DNA of 63,453 nt, counting the filler. It is 3 parts of 3 records of this genome, joined end to end, with 100 filler letters (N's around TTAATTAATTAA, not from the genome) between each part and the next. Parts side by side here need not be neighbours in the genome. Positions count along the whole stretch, not along the records: positions 31,033 to 58,095 come from SRR22947727_2446; 2 more parts are not named here. One strand, written 5' to 3'. Position numbers and translations under genes: made by a program. The notes under the pieces were generated by a model. The model saw only the letters and a program-made list of their open reading frames with translations. It made no database searches and was not told the origin of the DNA. Shown here in pieces: positions 42,380-51,218 of the stretch (positions are counted from its first letter, which is position 1; each line of letters begins with the position of its first letter).

Positions 42380-42758
42380 TAAAAGTAAATCTTGTGTGAG
42401 CTAAATAATTGTAACAAATTAATATGAAAAGAGATAATAATCTACTTAACCAAAATGTCCATAATAAGAAATCATAAAAAAACCAAACTAAACAAAAATT
42501 AATACAAAAAGATGATAAATAAACTAAATGAATTTTAAAATATTCATTTAGTAGAGGTTTTTTTGAATTAAAAACAAAATATCTATAATTAAAAAAGGAG
42601 AATGTCACCGTTATAAGATGCGATAAAGCTAAAATAAAAAAAAGAGATAATAAATTATTGAATAATTCGTATATGCAAATTGAAAAAAAATATCCAAAAA
42701 TAGTATTTACAAAACCAATTATTAGAAATTTTATTTTTCTTGATTTAATTCTTAACAC
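42363..42758 (-). CDS. GtrA-family flippase
   Basis: KFLIIGFVNT, YRYFVF, four hydrophobic segments, RFTF; probable GTG start at 42758 (track starts at 42788). Confidence 0.85.
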   Translation of the reverse strand: MLRIKSRKIKFLIIGFVNTIFGYFFSICIYELFNNLLSLFFILALSHLITVTFSFFNYRYFVFNSKKPLLNEYFKIHLVYLSSFCINFCLVWFFYDFLLWTFWLSRLLSLFILICYNYLAHTRFTFNEKNI

Positions 42759-42984
42759 AAAAAAACTTTTTGATTTTTTTAACAGCAAAAGTTAATATTT
42801 TCTCGTTAATACCTAAATAGATAGAAATCCAGATACTATTTTCCATCAAATTATCGGTATTTATCAAATCGTAATGAATTCTGAAATTTTATTTTTCATG
42901 AAAGACTGACTCACAAGATTGTGTCCAAAAAGAAGATGTTCTAGTTTTGAATTTATCAAAGTATTTTAAAAAGTCTAGCTTACT
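42745..42984 (-). pseudogene. Frameshifted relic of the 3' end of a second rfbH/ddhC
   Basis: Manual translation KLDFLKYFDKFKTR / HLLFGHNLVSQSFMKN / NFRIHYDLINTDNLMENSIWISIYLGINEKILTFAVKKIKKFF is colinear with the C-terminus of the adjacent RfbH. Confidence 0.85.
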
Positions 42985-42985
42985 T

Positions 42986-44311
42986 TTAATCAAAATTTAA
43001 ACCTAAAAACGTTTCAATCTTAGAGACCGTATAGTCAAGCATCTCATGAGTAAGGCCTGGATAAAGGCCAATCCAGAAGCTATGATTCATAATATAGTCA
43101 GTATTTCTTAAATCCCCCACAATTCTATATTTTTGATTGAGCATATAGGGTTGCTTTGTAAGATTTCCTGCAAATAATAATCGTGTACCAATTTTTGACT
43201 GATCCAAGTATTTTAAAAAGTCCACACGATTAAAACCACAATTCTCTTTTAACGTTAATAAAAATCCAAACCATGAAGGATCGCTGTTTTCTGTCGCTTC
43301 TGGTAGGTGAATAAATTCTTCACAGCTTTTTAATTTTTCTTTTAAATAGTTAAAATTATCTTTTCTGGCCTGGATAAAAAATTCTAATTTATCTAACTGG
43401 GCTAGGCCACATGCTGCTTGCATATCGGTTATTTTTAAATTAAACCCCATATGAGAATACGTATACTTATGATCGTATCCTTGGGGCAAATTTCCTAATT
43501 GCCAATTAAATCGTTTGTTACAAGTATTATCTTTCCCAGGTTGACAATAACAGTCCCTCCCCCAATCTCGAAAGGATTCAATGATTTTTTTTAACTGTAA
43601 GTCTTGTGTAAAGACTGCGCCGCCCTCACCCATAGTTATGTGATGCGCTGGATAAAAACTTAAAGTACCGATGTCTCCAAACGTACCTGTGAGTTGGCCA
43701 TTATATTTAGAACCTAATGCATCACAATTATCCTCAATGAGCCAAAGATTATACTTTTTACAAAAATCTAGAATAACCTTTAAATTAAAAGGATTGCCCA
43801 ATGAATGTGCTAGCATGACTGCTTTAACTTTTGGGCTATAGGCTTGCTCTAATTGATTTACATCGATATTGTGTGTTAAAAGATCTAAATCAACAAATAC
43901 CGGAGTGACGCCATACATCATCATTGGATTTACTGTAGTCGGAAAACCTCCTGCCACAGTAATCACCTCATCTCCTGGCTGAATTGCTCGATCCTCTAAT
44001 CGATCTGAAGTGAGGGCAGAAAAGGCCAGCAAATTCGCAGAAGAGCCAGAATTAGTTGTCACAAGAGACTTCACTCCAAGAAAATTAGCCAATTTTTTTT
44101 CAAAGTCGTCATTAAAACGGCCAGTGGTTAACCAACCATCTAAAGATGCATCTACCATGGACATGAGTTCATTTTCATCTAGGACCTTTCCTGATGGAGG
44201 TATGGTTGTTTCTCCTGGTAAAAAATTATTGGGTTGGTATTTTATTTGCCCGAATTCTTTAACTTTATTAAGAATTTGTTGTTTTAAATGTATCAGTCTT
44301 TCTTGTGACAT
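42986..44311 (-). CDS. rfbH: CDP-4-keto-6-deoxyglucose 3-dehydratase (E1, DdhC)
   Basis: NSGSSANL, SFYPAHHITMGEGG (His in place of Lys), GRDCYC..C Fe-S motif, YDHKY. Confidence 0.95.
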   Translation of the reverse strand: MSQERLIHLKQQILNKVKEFGQIKYQPNNFLPGETTIPPSGKVLDENELMSMVDASLDGWLTTGRFNDDFEKKLANFLGVKSLVTTNSGSSANLLAFSALTSDRLEDRAIQPGDEVITVAGGFPTTVNPMMMYGVTPVFVDLDLLTHNIDVNQLEQAYSPKVKAVMLAHSLGNPFNLKVILDFCKKYNLWLIEDNCDALGSKYNGQLTGTFGDIGTLSFYPAHHITMGEGGAVFTQDLQLKKIIESFRDWGRDCYCQPGKDNTCNKRFNWQLGNLPQGYDHKYTYSHMGFNLKITDMQAACGLAQLDKLEFFIQARKDNFNYLKEKLKSCEEFIHLPEATENSDPSWFGFLLTLKENCGFNRVDFLKYLDQSKIGTRLLFAGNLTKQPYMLNQKYRIVGDLRNTDYIMNHSFWIGLYPGLTHEMLDYTVSKIETFLGLNFD

Positions 44312-45385
44312 TTATCTTCCTATTAATTTAAAATATTTTTGCAACTGGGATTGACTATATTGATAGATATTTTTATTAGCATAATAATTTTCGTACCAAT
44401 CTAATGTAAGCTTAATAGTATCTTTGAAACTCAAAAGGCTTTTCCATTGCAATTGTTTTCTAACTTTGGACACATCAAGTTTTAATAATGATGCTTCATG
44501 CTTTATTTCATCTCTATTATAATTGACATCTACCGATTTATTTATATTTGCTTGCATCTCCTGGATCACTGATTCTACATTCATTACTCCTAAATCACTG
44601 GGTCCAAAATTCCAAGCTTCGCTATATTTCTTAGGATTTGTATACAACTTTTCACATAATAACAAATAACCAACTAAAGGCTCGATCACATGCTGCCAGG
44701 GCCTAATAGCTTTAGGATTTCTAATCTGTAAAGATTTGTCACTTTGTTGAGCGCGAATAAAATCTGGAATTAAACGATCTTGAGACCAATCGCCACCACC
44801 GATCACATTACCTGCTCTAGCTGAAGCAAGACCAATATTTGATTTTTCAAAAAAAGATTGCCGAAATGAAGCTGTAACTAACTCAGCACAAGCTTTACTG
44901 TTGCTATATGGATCATACCCTCCTAGGCGGTCAGACTCTTGATAGCCATGGTCCCGTTCATTATTTTCATAACATTTATCAGAAGTTACATTTAAGACAA
45001 CTCTTAATGATTTTAAATTTTTACTAATATCAAGCAAATTCACCAGACCTAATACATTAGTTTCGTATGTTTCAACAGGATCATCATAAGATAAGCGAAC
45101 TAAAGGCTGTGCAGCTAAATGTATAATAACTTCAGGATTGACATAATTAATTTTTTCTTGAAAATTTATGTAATCTCGAATGTCGCCAATATATGAAGTA
45201 ATGTTTAAATTTTTTTTTACAGCATCAAAGAAACTTGGGTTAGATATTGGAGCTAATGAATAACCAGAAACATTAGCTCCTAATGAATCAAGTATAATTG
45301 ATAACCATGTTCCCTTAAAACCAGTATGGCCTGTTAAAAAAACTTTTTTATTTCTCCAAAAGCTATGGTCTACCATTTTTTCCAT
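44312..45385 (-). CDS. rfbG: CDP-glucose 4,6-dehydratase (DdhB)
   Basis: TGHTGFKG, HLAAQPLV, TSDKCY, YSNSK, RAGNVIGGGDW, RPWQHV. Confidence 0.96.
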   Translation of the reverse strand: MEKMVDHSFWRNKKVFLTGHTGFKGTWLSIILDSLGANVSGYSLAPISNPSFFDAVKKNLNITSYIGDIRDYINFQEKINYVNPEVIIHLAAQPLVRLSYDDPVETYETNVLGLVNLLDISKNLKSLRVVLNVTSDKCYENNERDHGYQESDRLGGYDPYSNSKACAELVTASFRQSFFEKSNIGLASARAGNVIGGGDWSQDRLIPDFIRAQQSDKSLQIRNPKAIRPWQHVIEPLVGYLLLCEKLYTNPKKYSEAWNFGPSDLGVMNVESVIQEMQANINKSVDVNYNRDEIKHEASLLKLDVSKVRKQLQWKSLLSFKDTIKLTLDWYENYYANKNIYQYSQSQLQKYFKLIGR

Positions 45386-46134
45386 GGAGCCTTATCAGTA
45401 ATCCATAAATTATCAAGCATATTTTTTTCACGAAGAGTGTCCATGGGCTGCCAAAAGTCAAAATGTTTAAAAACATTTAATTGATTATTTTTAGCTAAAT
45501 GTTCTAAGGGCTGTCTTTCCCATATCGTTGAATCATCAGAAATTAAGTCGAGAACTTCAGGTTCTAACACAAAAAAACCTGCATTAATTATTGAATTATC
45601 ACCTTTTGGCTTTTCTTGGAAACCAAGAACATTATCATCTTGAATTTTTAGTGCTCCAAATCGTCCTGGTGGTTCGGCACCAGTTATAGTAGCTAATTTT
45701 TTTTTCTTTTTATGAAAATCTACTAAATCCGATATGTTTATATCTGACAAGCCATCCCCGTAAGTCATACAAAATGTACCATCTAAATATTTTTTAACTC
45801 TTCTTAGCCTTCCTCCAGTCATTGTATTTTCACCGGTATCAACTAAGGTGATTTTCCATGGCTCAGCAAACTTATCATGAATTTCTATTTCGTTTGAATT
45901 TATATCGATTGTAATATCTGATAAATGATAGAAGTAATTTAAAAAATATTCTTTTATTACATAGCCTTTATAACCACAGCAAATGATAAACTCATTTAGC
46001 CCATAAGCTGAATAAATTTTCATTAAATGCCATAAAAGAGGTTTACCGCCAATTTCTATCATCGGCTTAGGTTTAGATACACTCTCCTCACTTATGCGAG
46101 TTCCTAAACCTCCTGCCAAAAGAACTACTTTCAC
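45370..46134 (-). CDS. rfbF: Glucose-1-phosphate cytidylyltransferase (DdhA)
   Basis: LAGGLGTR, PKPMIEIG, TMTGGRL, TYGDG, FWQPMDTLRE. Confidence 0.96.
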   Translation of the reverse strand: MKVVLLAGGLGTRISEESVSKPKPMIEIGGKPLLWHLMKIYSAYGLNEFIICCGYKGYVIKEYFLNYFYHLSDITIDINSNEIEIHDKFAEPWKITLVDTGENTMTGGRLRRVKKYLDGTFCMTYGDGLSDINISDLVDFHKKKKKLATITGAEPPGRFGALKIQDDNVLGFQEKPKGDNSIINAGFFVLEPEVLDLISDDSTIWERQPLEHLAKNNQLNVFKHFDFWQPMDTLREKNMLDNLWITDKAPWKKW

Positions 46135-46212
46135 AATTTAACCATCGAACATACCTAAAATAACTGCCTAAACTTCAGATTATATATTAAAAAAAAATAA
46201 TGTAATAAAAAG

Positions 46213-48090
46213 TTATATTCTTTTATGTAAGATGTCTGCAATCTCGCTCTGAGGTTTAAAGCTAGGTACAAGTTGAATTAATAACTTACGGATTTTTTCA
46301 TTATTTCCACTTTCAACTTCCGCTTTAAGGTTTTCTAAAATTGGCTTTAACTTTTCCCAAGGCAACATATCCTCTTTAGCACGCATGATAAGTGGATTTT
46401 CAGTATCAATAGAATTATCTCCAATAAGAAGCTCCTCATAGAGTTTTTCGCCAGGTCTTAAGCCTGTATATTTGATTTCAATATCGCCATCAGGGTTAGA
46501 TTTGTCTTTTACCTCTAAACCACTTAATTGAATCATTTTTTTTGCCAAAAAATTTATTTCTACAGGCTTACCCATATCAAGAACAAAAACATCGCCACCC
46601 TCTCCCATTGCTCCTGCTTGGATTACTAATTCCACCGCCTCAGATATCATCATAAAGTAACGAGTGATACTTTTTTCTGTAACTGTGACAGGACCACCAT
46701 CTTTAATCTGTTTTTTAAATAAAGGGATTACTGATCCACTTGAGTTAAGAACATTTCCAAATCTTACCATCGTGAATCTTGTATCTTTTTGTTTCATTGA
46801 AAGTGCCTGCAAAATCAACTCAGCACATCTCTTCGTAGCTCCCATAGTATTGGTAGGTCGAACTGCTTTATCTGTAGAAATTAATACAAAGATTTCTACG
46901 CCGCTATCAATAGCTGCTTGTGCACAGCTCAACGTTCCAAAAACGTTATTGTTTACTCCTTCGGTATTATTAAATTCAACCATAGGAACGTGTTTGTATG
47001 CTGCCGCATGGTAAACAGTATCCACCTTAAAATGTTTAAATATTTTAATAAGCCGGACTTCATTATTAACACTGCCAAGCACTGGATATATATCTATTTT
47101 CAATGAGTTAATGCTGGAAAGCTCTTTTTCAATAGAAAAGAGTGCTAATTCATTCATCTCATACAAGACTAACCTTTTTGGACTCAAATTTATAATTTGT
47201 CTGCAAATCTCTGATCCAATTGAACCTCCTGCGCCAGTAACTAAAACTACCTTACCTGTGACAGCCTTACGTAATAATTGTTGATTAGGTATCACAGCGT
47301 CACGACCAAGCAAGTCTTCTATGCTCACTTCCTGCAAATCATCTGCATTAACCCTACCCCTAGCTAAATCTGTAACACTTGGAAGCATCCGAACATGTAC
47401 GGCAAAGTTTTCTAATGAAGCAATAATTTCAAATCGTTTAGCGCGAGAAGATGATGGAATGGCAAGTAATACATCTTCAATCTTAAGTTTATTTATCACA
47501 TCGCCAATATCCATTGCGGAAAAAACAGTTAATCCTAAAATATTAACACCTTGCAACCCTTTTGCTTGATCTACAAACCCAACAACTTTGTATTCCTGAG
47601 AATAATTTAAGGCACCAGCAAGCTGTACGCCGGCACTCCCCGCCCCATATATTAATGCTCTTTTTCTTTTTTTAGTGTTTTTCTTCCTTTCAGATAATAC
47701 CCATTTAGCAAAAAATCGTGAAGCAACTATCGTTAATATCGTTAAAATCCAATTTATCAAAACAACTGAACGAGGCCAGCCTTGTAATCCTAAAAAAAGA
47801 AAACCCCACATTAAAGAATATAAAGACACAGCTTGGAAGGTAATCCATAAGGCGTAAAAACCAACATAGCGAGTAACTGATCGATATAAGCCATAGTAAT
47901 TGAAAATAATAATACCTATAAATGGGGCGGAAAGTAATAACCAAAAAATTAAACCACTATAGGGAACAAACCATTCTCCTAATCTTATTGAAAAAGACAA
48001 CCACAGCACTAATAAAATAGAGCAAAAATCAACAGACAAGATGATAAGTTTTTTATATGAACGTGGGAGACTAATGAGCTTATTTAGCAA
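46213..48090 (-). CDS. WbpM/CapD/PglF-type membrane-bound UDP-GlcNAc 4,6-dehydratase
   Basis: Four N-terminal TM helices; GAGGSIGSE, HAAAYKHVP, STDKAVRP, MGATK, RFGNV, RPGEKLYEE. Confidence 0.93.
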   Translation of the reverse strand: MLNKLISLPRSYKKLIILSVDFCSILLVLWLSFSIRLGEWFVPYSGLIFWLLLSAPFIGIIIFNYYGLYRSVTRYVGFYALWITFQAVSLYSLMWGFLFLGLQGWPRSVVLINWILTILTIVASRFFAKWVLSERKKNTKKRKRALIYGAGSAGVQLAGALNYSQEYKVVGFVDQAKGLQGVNILGLTVFSAMDIGDVINKLKIEDVLLAIPSSSRAKRFEIIASLENFAVHVRMLPSVTDLARGRVNADDLQEVSIEDLLGRDAVIPNQQLLRKAVTGKVVLVTGAGGSIGSEICRQIINLSPKRLVLYEMNELALFSIEKELSSINSLKIDIYPVLGSVNNEVRLIKIFKHFKVDTVYHAAAYKHVPMVEFNNTEGVNNNVFGTLSCAQAAIDSGVEIFVLISTDKAVRPTNTMGATKRCAELILQALSMKQKDTRFTMVRFGNVLNSSGSVIPLFKKQIKDGGPVTVTEKSITRYFMMISEAVELVIQAGAMGEGGDVFVLDMGKPVEINFLAKKMIQLSGLEVKDKSNPDGDIEIKYTGLRPGEKLYEELLIGDNSIDTENPLIMRAKEDMLPWEKLKPILENLKAEVESGNNEKIRKLLIQLVPSFKPQSEIADILHKRI

Positions 48091-48321
48091 AGTGATATTT
48101 ATTATTTTAATTAATTAGATACTGAATTATAAATCTTTTTTAACTTGATAAGATTATTTATCAAAGGAAATAATGTAAAAATAAAGGATTCTTTTCGTCA
48201 CTTTTTTATACAAAACGAGTGGCCTTAGAAAGACAAGCAATGCCCTAAACTTATCAATATTCTTATCTAACTTAAGATGTCTGCTCTAACAATATAGCAG
48301 CCACGAGGAATAAGCTTTTTG

Positions 48322-48882
48322 TTAATGACTCACACCACTTCTACTTATTACCCTTAAGAAAGTCATCCACAATATTTTCATTTCAAACAAAAACGATTGG
48401 CGGTTTAAATATTCTACGTCTAATTCAACTTTATCAGGAATTGATAATGCATCCCTCCCGTTAATCTGCGCCCACCCTGTAATGCCAGGTAATAATTTAT
48501 CCACACCTTTTTTTGTTCGTAGATCTATTAAATCATCTTGATTAAATAATGCAGGACGCGGACCAACAAAACTCATATCACCCTTCAAAACGGAAAATAA
48601 TTGTGGAAGCTCATCTAAGCTTGAACGTCGCAAAAAATCTCCAATAGGTGATAAATGCTCTTCCGGATTGTTCAGAAGATGCGTTGCTACATTGGGAGTG
48701 TCTACAAGCATTGATCTAAACTTTGGCATTTCAAATATTTTATTATTTTTTCCAACTCTATCAGTCCAATATAGGGACGGGCCTTTAGATGTGCAACGAA
48801 CAGCAATAGAAATTAACAGCATTGGGGCCATTAATAGCAACAAAAGTATAATACTTGTAAATATATCAAAAAATCTTTTCAT
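48322..48882 (-). CDS. Initiating phosphoglycosyl transferase (small PglC/WcaJ-C-terminal type)
   Basis: MKRFFD, KFRSM, SLDELPQL, GDMSFVGPRP, PGITGWAQ. Confidence 0.93.
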   Translation of the reverse strand: MKRFFDIFTSIILLLLLMAPMLLISIAVRCTSKGPSLYWTDRVGKNNKIFEMPKFRSMLVDTPNVATHLLNNPEEHLSPIGDFLRRSSLDELPQLFSVLKGDMSFVGPRPALFNQDDLIDLRTKKGVDKLLPGITGWAQINGRDALSIPDKVELDVEYLNRQSFLFEMKILWMTFLRVISRSGVSH

Positions 48883-50100
48883 TTAGCCTCTTTCTGCAAC
48901 AAGCTTTAACAACTTGTCGATCGTTTTTTCTTTATTGAAAATTGTAGCTAATATTCGATCGTTTTCACCAGTAAATTTTTTTCTTTTTTTCTTACTTATT
49001 TCTATACACCTCTGAAACAGCGTAGATATAGCATCAACTTTTGATGGATTGGCACATAAACCAAGATTATTATCTTGAATGATATTAGCTGTATCGCCAT
49101 TAATAATTGCAAGTATAGGTTTCTTAGCTGCAATATAAGTTTGTAGTTTAGCAGGCACAGTTACTGAAAAAATTGGCTTATCTATAAGAGAGATAATCAA
49201 AAAATCACTGGCTTTGTAATAACTAGCCATATTTAACCTTGGTTTTTTTCCATAAAAAACAATGTTTGGATTATTATTTGCAATCATCTTAAGATTATCA
49301 AGATTAGATCCATCTCCGATAATATTAAGTTGAGACTTTTCTTGATAATCGTGATTAAGAAAGCAAAAAGCTTTTATAATATTTTCTAGATTCTGCACTT
49401 TACCGATGTTCCCAGCAAATGTGAAGTGAACCTTACAATCGTTACTGAGAACAGCAGGCTCTAGACTCATGTCTAGATCATCTGCCCATTGAGGTAAATA
49501 ATCAAAAGTTTGATCACTTTTAACATAAGGTTTTAACTTTAATGCAAACCCTTTGCTTGAAATGGCGAATTTATCAACATTTTGATATATGAACTTAACA
49601 AATTTATCCAATAAATAAGATAAAGCTTTAGTTTTTCTAAAGCCATAAGCATAAATACTATCAGGCCAAATATCTAAAACCCAAAAAGTCACAGGTTTTT
49701 TGTAAAGTTTTCGCATTAGTACCGCCGGTAACATACTTGTCAAGGCGCTCATATTAAAACCTAATACATAATCATATTTTTTACCAATAAAAATAGACAC
49801 AATGCTAGCAAGAATCATGAAATTCACATACTTTAAAACCTTCTTAAATATGCTATCTTTATATCCCAATGTTGCATGCACTCGATAAATATTTATTCCT
49901 TGCCACTCACTTTTTGAATAAAGTTTGTTTTTAAAGCCTGGATAGATCTTTCCAGATGGATAACTTGGCGCTAAAGTCAAAATATCAACATCAAAACCCT
50001 TATCTTTCCAAGTCAAAGCAACGTCATTAATCTTAAAATCTTCAGGATAAAAACACTCTGTAACAATGAGTATTTTTTTTGACATTAATATTTCTTCCAA
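48883..50100 (-). CDS. GT4 glycosyltransferase, WbuB/WbjE-like (probable L-FucNAc/FucNAm transferase)
   Basis: FYPE, WVLDIWPDS, FAGNIGKVQ, PAKLQTY; directly after fnlC. Confidence 0.85.
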   Translation of the reverse strand: MEEILMSKKILIVTECFYPEDFKINDVALTWKDKGFDVDILTLAPSYPSGKIYPGFKNKLYSKSEWQGINIYRVHATLGYKDSIFKKVLKYVNFMILASIVSIFIGKKYDYVLGFNMSALTSMLPAVLMRKLYKKPVTFWVLDIWPDSIYAYGFRKTKALSYLLDKFVKFIYQNVDKFAISSKGFALKLKPYVKSDQTFDYLPQWADDLDMSLEPAVLSNDCKVHFTFAGNIGKVQNLENIIKAFCFLNHDYQEKSQLNIIGDGSNLDNLKMIANNNPNIVFYGKKPRLNMASYYKASDFLIISLIDKPIFSVTVPAKLQTYIAAKKPILAIINGDTANIIQDNNLGLCANPSKVDAISTLFQRCIEISKKKRKKFTGENDRILATIFNKEKTIDKLLKLVAERG

Positions 50101-51215
50101 ACCTTTCTATTCACATAGTCAGTATAACTATGAACGATACGGACAATCTTATCAGATACATTTGGCATAGAATAATCAGAAACTTGCCTCATGAGCCTCT
50201 GCTTTCCTCTTGGTTGGTTATCAATAATAGCGAGTGACTGCATAATTCTTTTTTTCTCTAGCCCCGTCATCGTAACAACAGCCTCTTCCATGCCTTCTGG
50301 TCGTTCATGTGCTTCACGCAGGTTAAGTGCAGGGAAATTCATAATAGAGGCCTCTTCATTGATAGTACCGCTATCTGATAACACTGCCTTAGCGCATATT
50401 TGAAGCTTATTATAATCCATGAACCCTAAAGGTTTTAACAATTGAATCATTGAATTTAATTCTACTTTCATTTCATCGAGACGCTTTTGCGTTCTTGGAT
50501 GCGTAGAAACAATAATTGGCAATTGATAAGAGTCTGCAATCGTGTTTAGAGTATCCATTAAATTTAAAAAGTGCTTATCAGAATCGACATTCTCTTCACG
50601 ATGAGCACTTACAACAAAAAACTCATATTCTTTAATCCCCAAATGCGTCAACACATCGGAACTGTCAATACCATCACGATAAGTATTAAGTACTTCAAAC
50701 ATTGGGCTACCTGTTTTGATAACCATATCCGCCGGTAAACCTTCACTTAAAAGATAGTCTCGCGCAATACTACTGTAAGTTAAATTAATATCAGCCATGT
50801 GGTCAACTAAACGACGATTAATTTCCTCTGGGACACGCTGATCAAAGCAGCGATTACCTGCCTCCATATGAAATGTTGGTATTTTTCTGCGCTTGCCAGC
50901 TAATAGGGCCATACAGCTATTTGTATCACCCAAAACAAGCATAGCTTCCGGTTGAATCTCATCTAAAACTTTATCGGTTTCAATGATAACGTTTCCAATA
51001 GTTTCAGCCACGGTTGCGCCAGCAGCACCTAAAAAATAATCTGGCTTTCTAATTCCTAGATCATCGAAGAAAATTTCGTTTAATTCATAATCATAGTTTT
51101 GCTCTGTATGAATCAGAATATGTTCACAATACTTATCAAGCTTCTTAATGACGCATGCAAGTCGTATGATTTCTGGACGTGTTCCAACTACTGTTACAAT
51201 TTTTAATTTTTTCAT
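50085..51215 (-). CDS. fnlC: UDP-L-FucNAc pathway 2-epimerase (WbjD/Cap5G)
   Basis: VGTRPEIIRL, LGDTNS, HMEAGNRCFD, PEEINR, SDSGT. Confidence 0.92.
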   Translation of the reverse strand: MKKLKIVTVVGTRPEIIRLACVIKKLDKYCEHILIHTEQNYDYELNEIFFDDLGIRKPDYFLGAAGATVAETIGNVIIETDKVLDEIQPEAMLVLGDTNSCMALLAGKRRKIPTFHMEAGNRCFDQRVPEEINRRLVDHMADINLTYSSIARDYLLSEGLPADMVIKTGSPMFEVLNTYRDGIDSSDVLTHLGIKEYEFFVVSAHREENVDSDKHFLNLMDTLNTIADSYQLPIIVSTHPRTQKRLDEMKVELNSMIQLLKPLGFMDYNKLQICAKAVLSDSGTINEEASIMNFPALNLREAHERPEGMEEAVVTMTGLEKKRIMQSLAIIDNQPRGKQRLMRQVSDYSMPNVSDKIVRIVHSYTDYVNRKVWKKY

Positions 51216-51218
51216 AGA

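Noticed and set aside
48145-48164. TTGATAA-N6-TTATCAA inverted repeat as an FNR box
   Set aside because: Spacing is TTGAT-N10-ATCAA rather than N4, and such repeats arise easily in AT-rich DNA.
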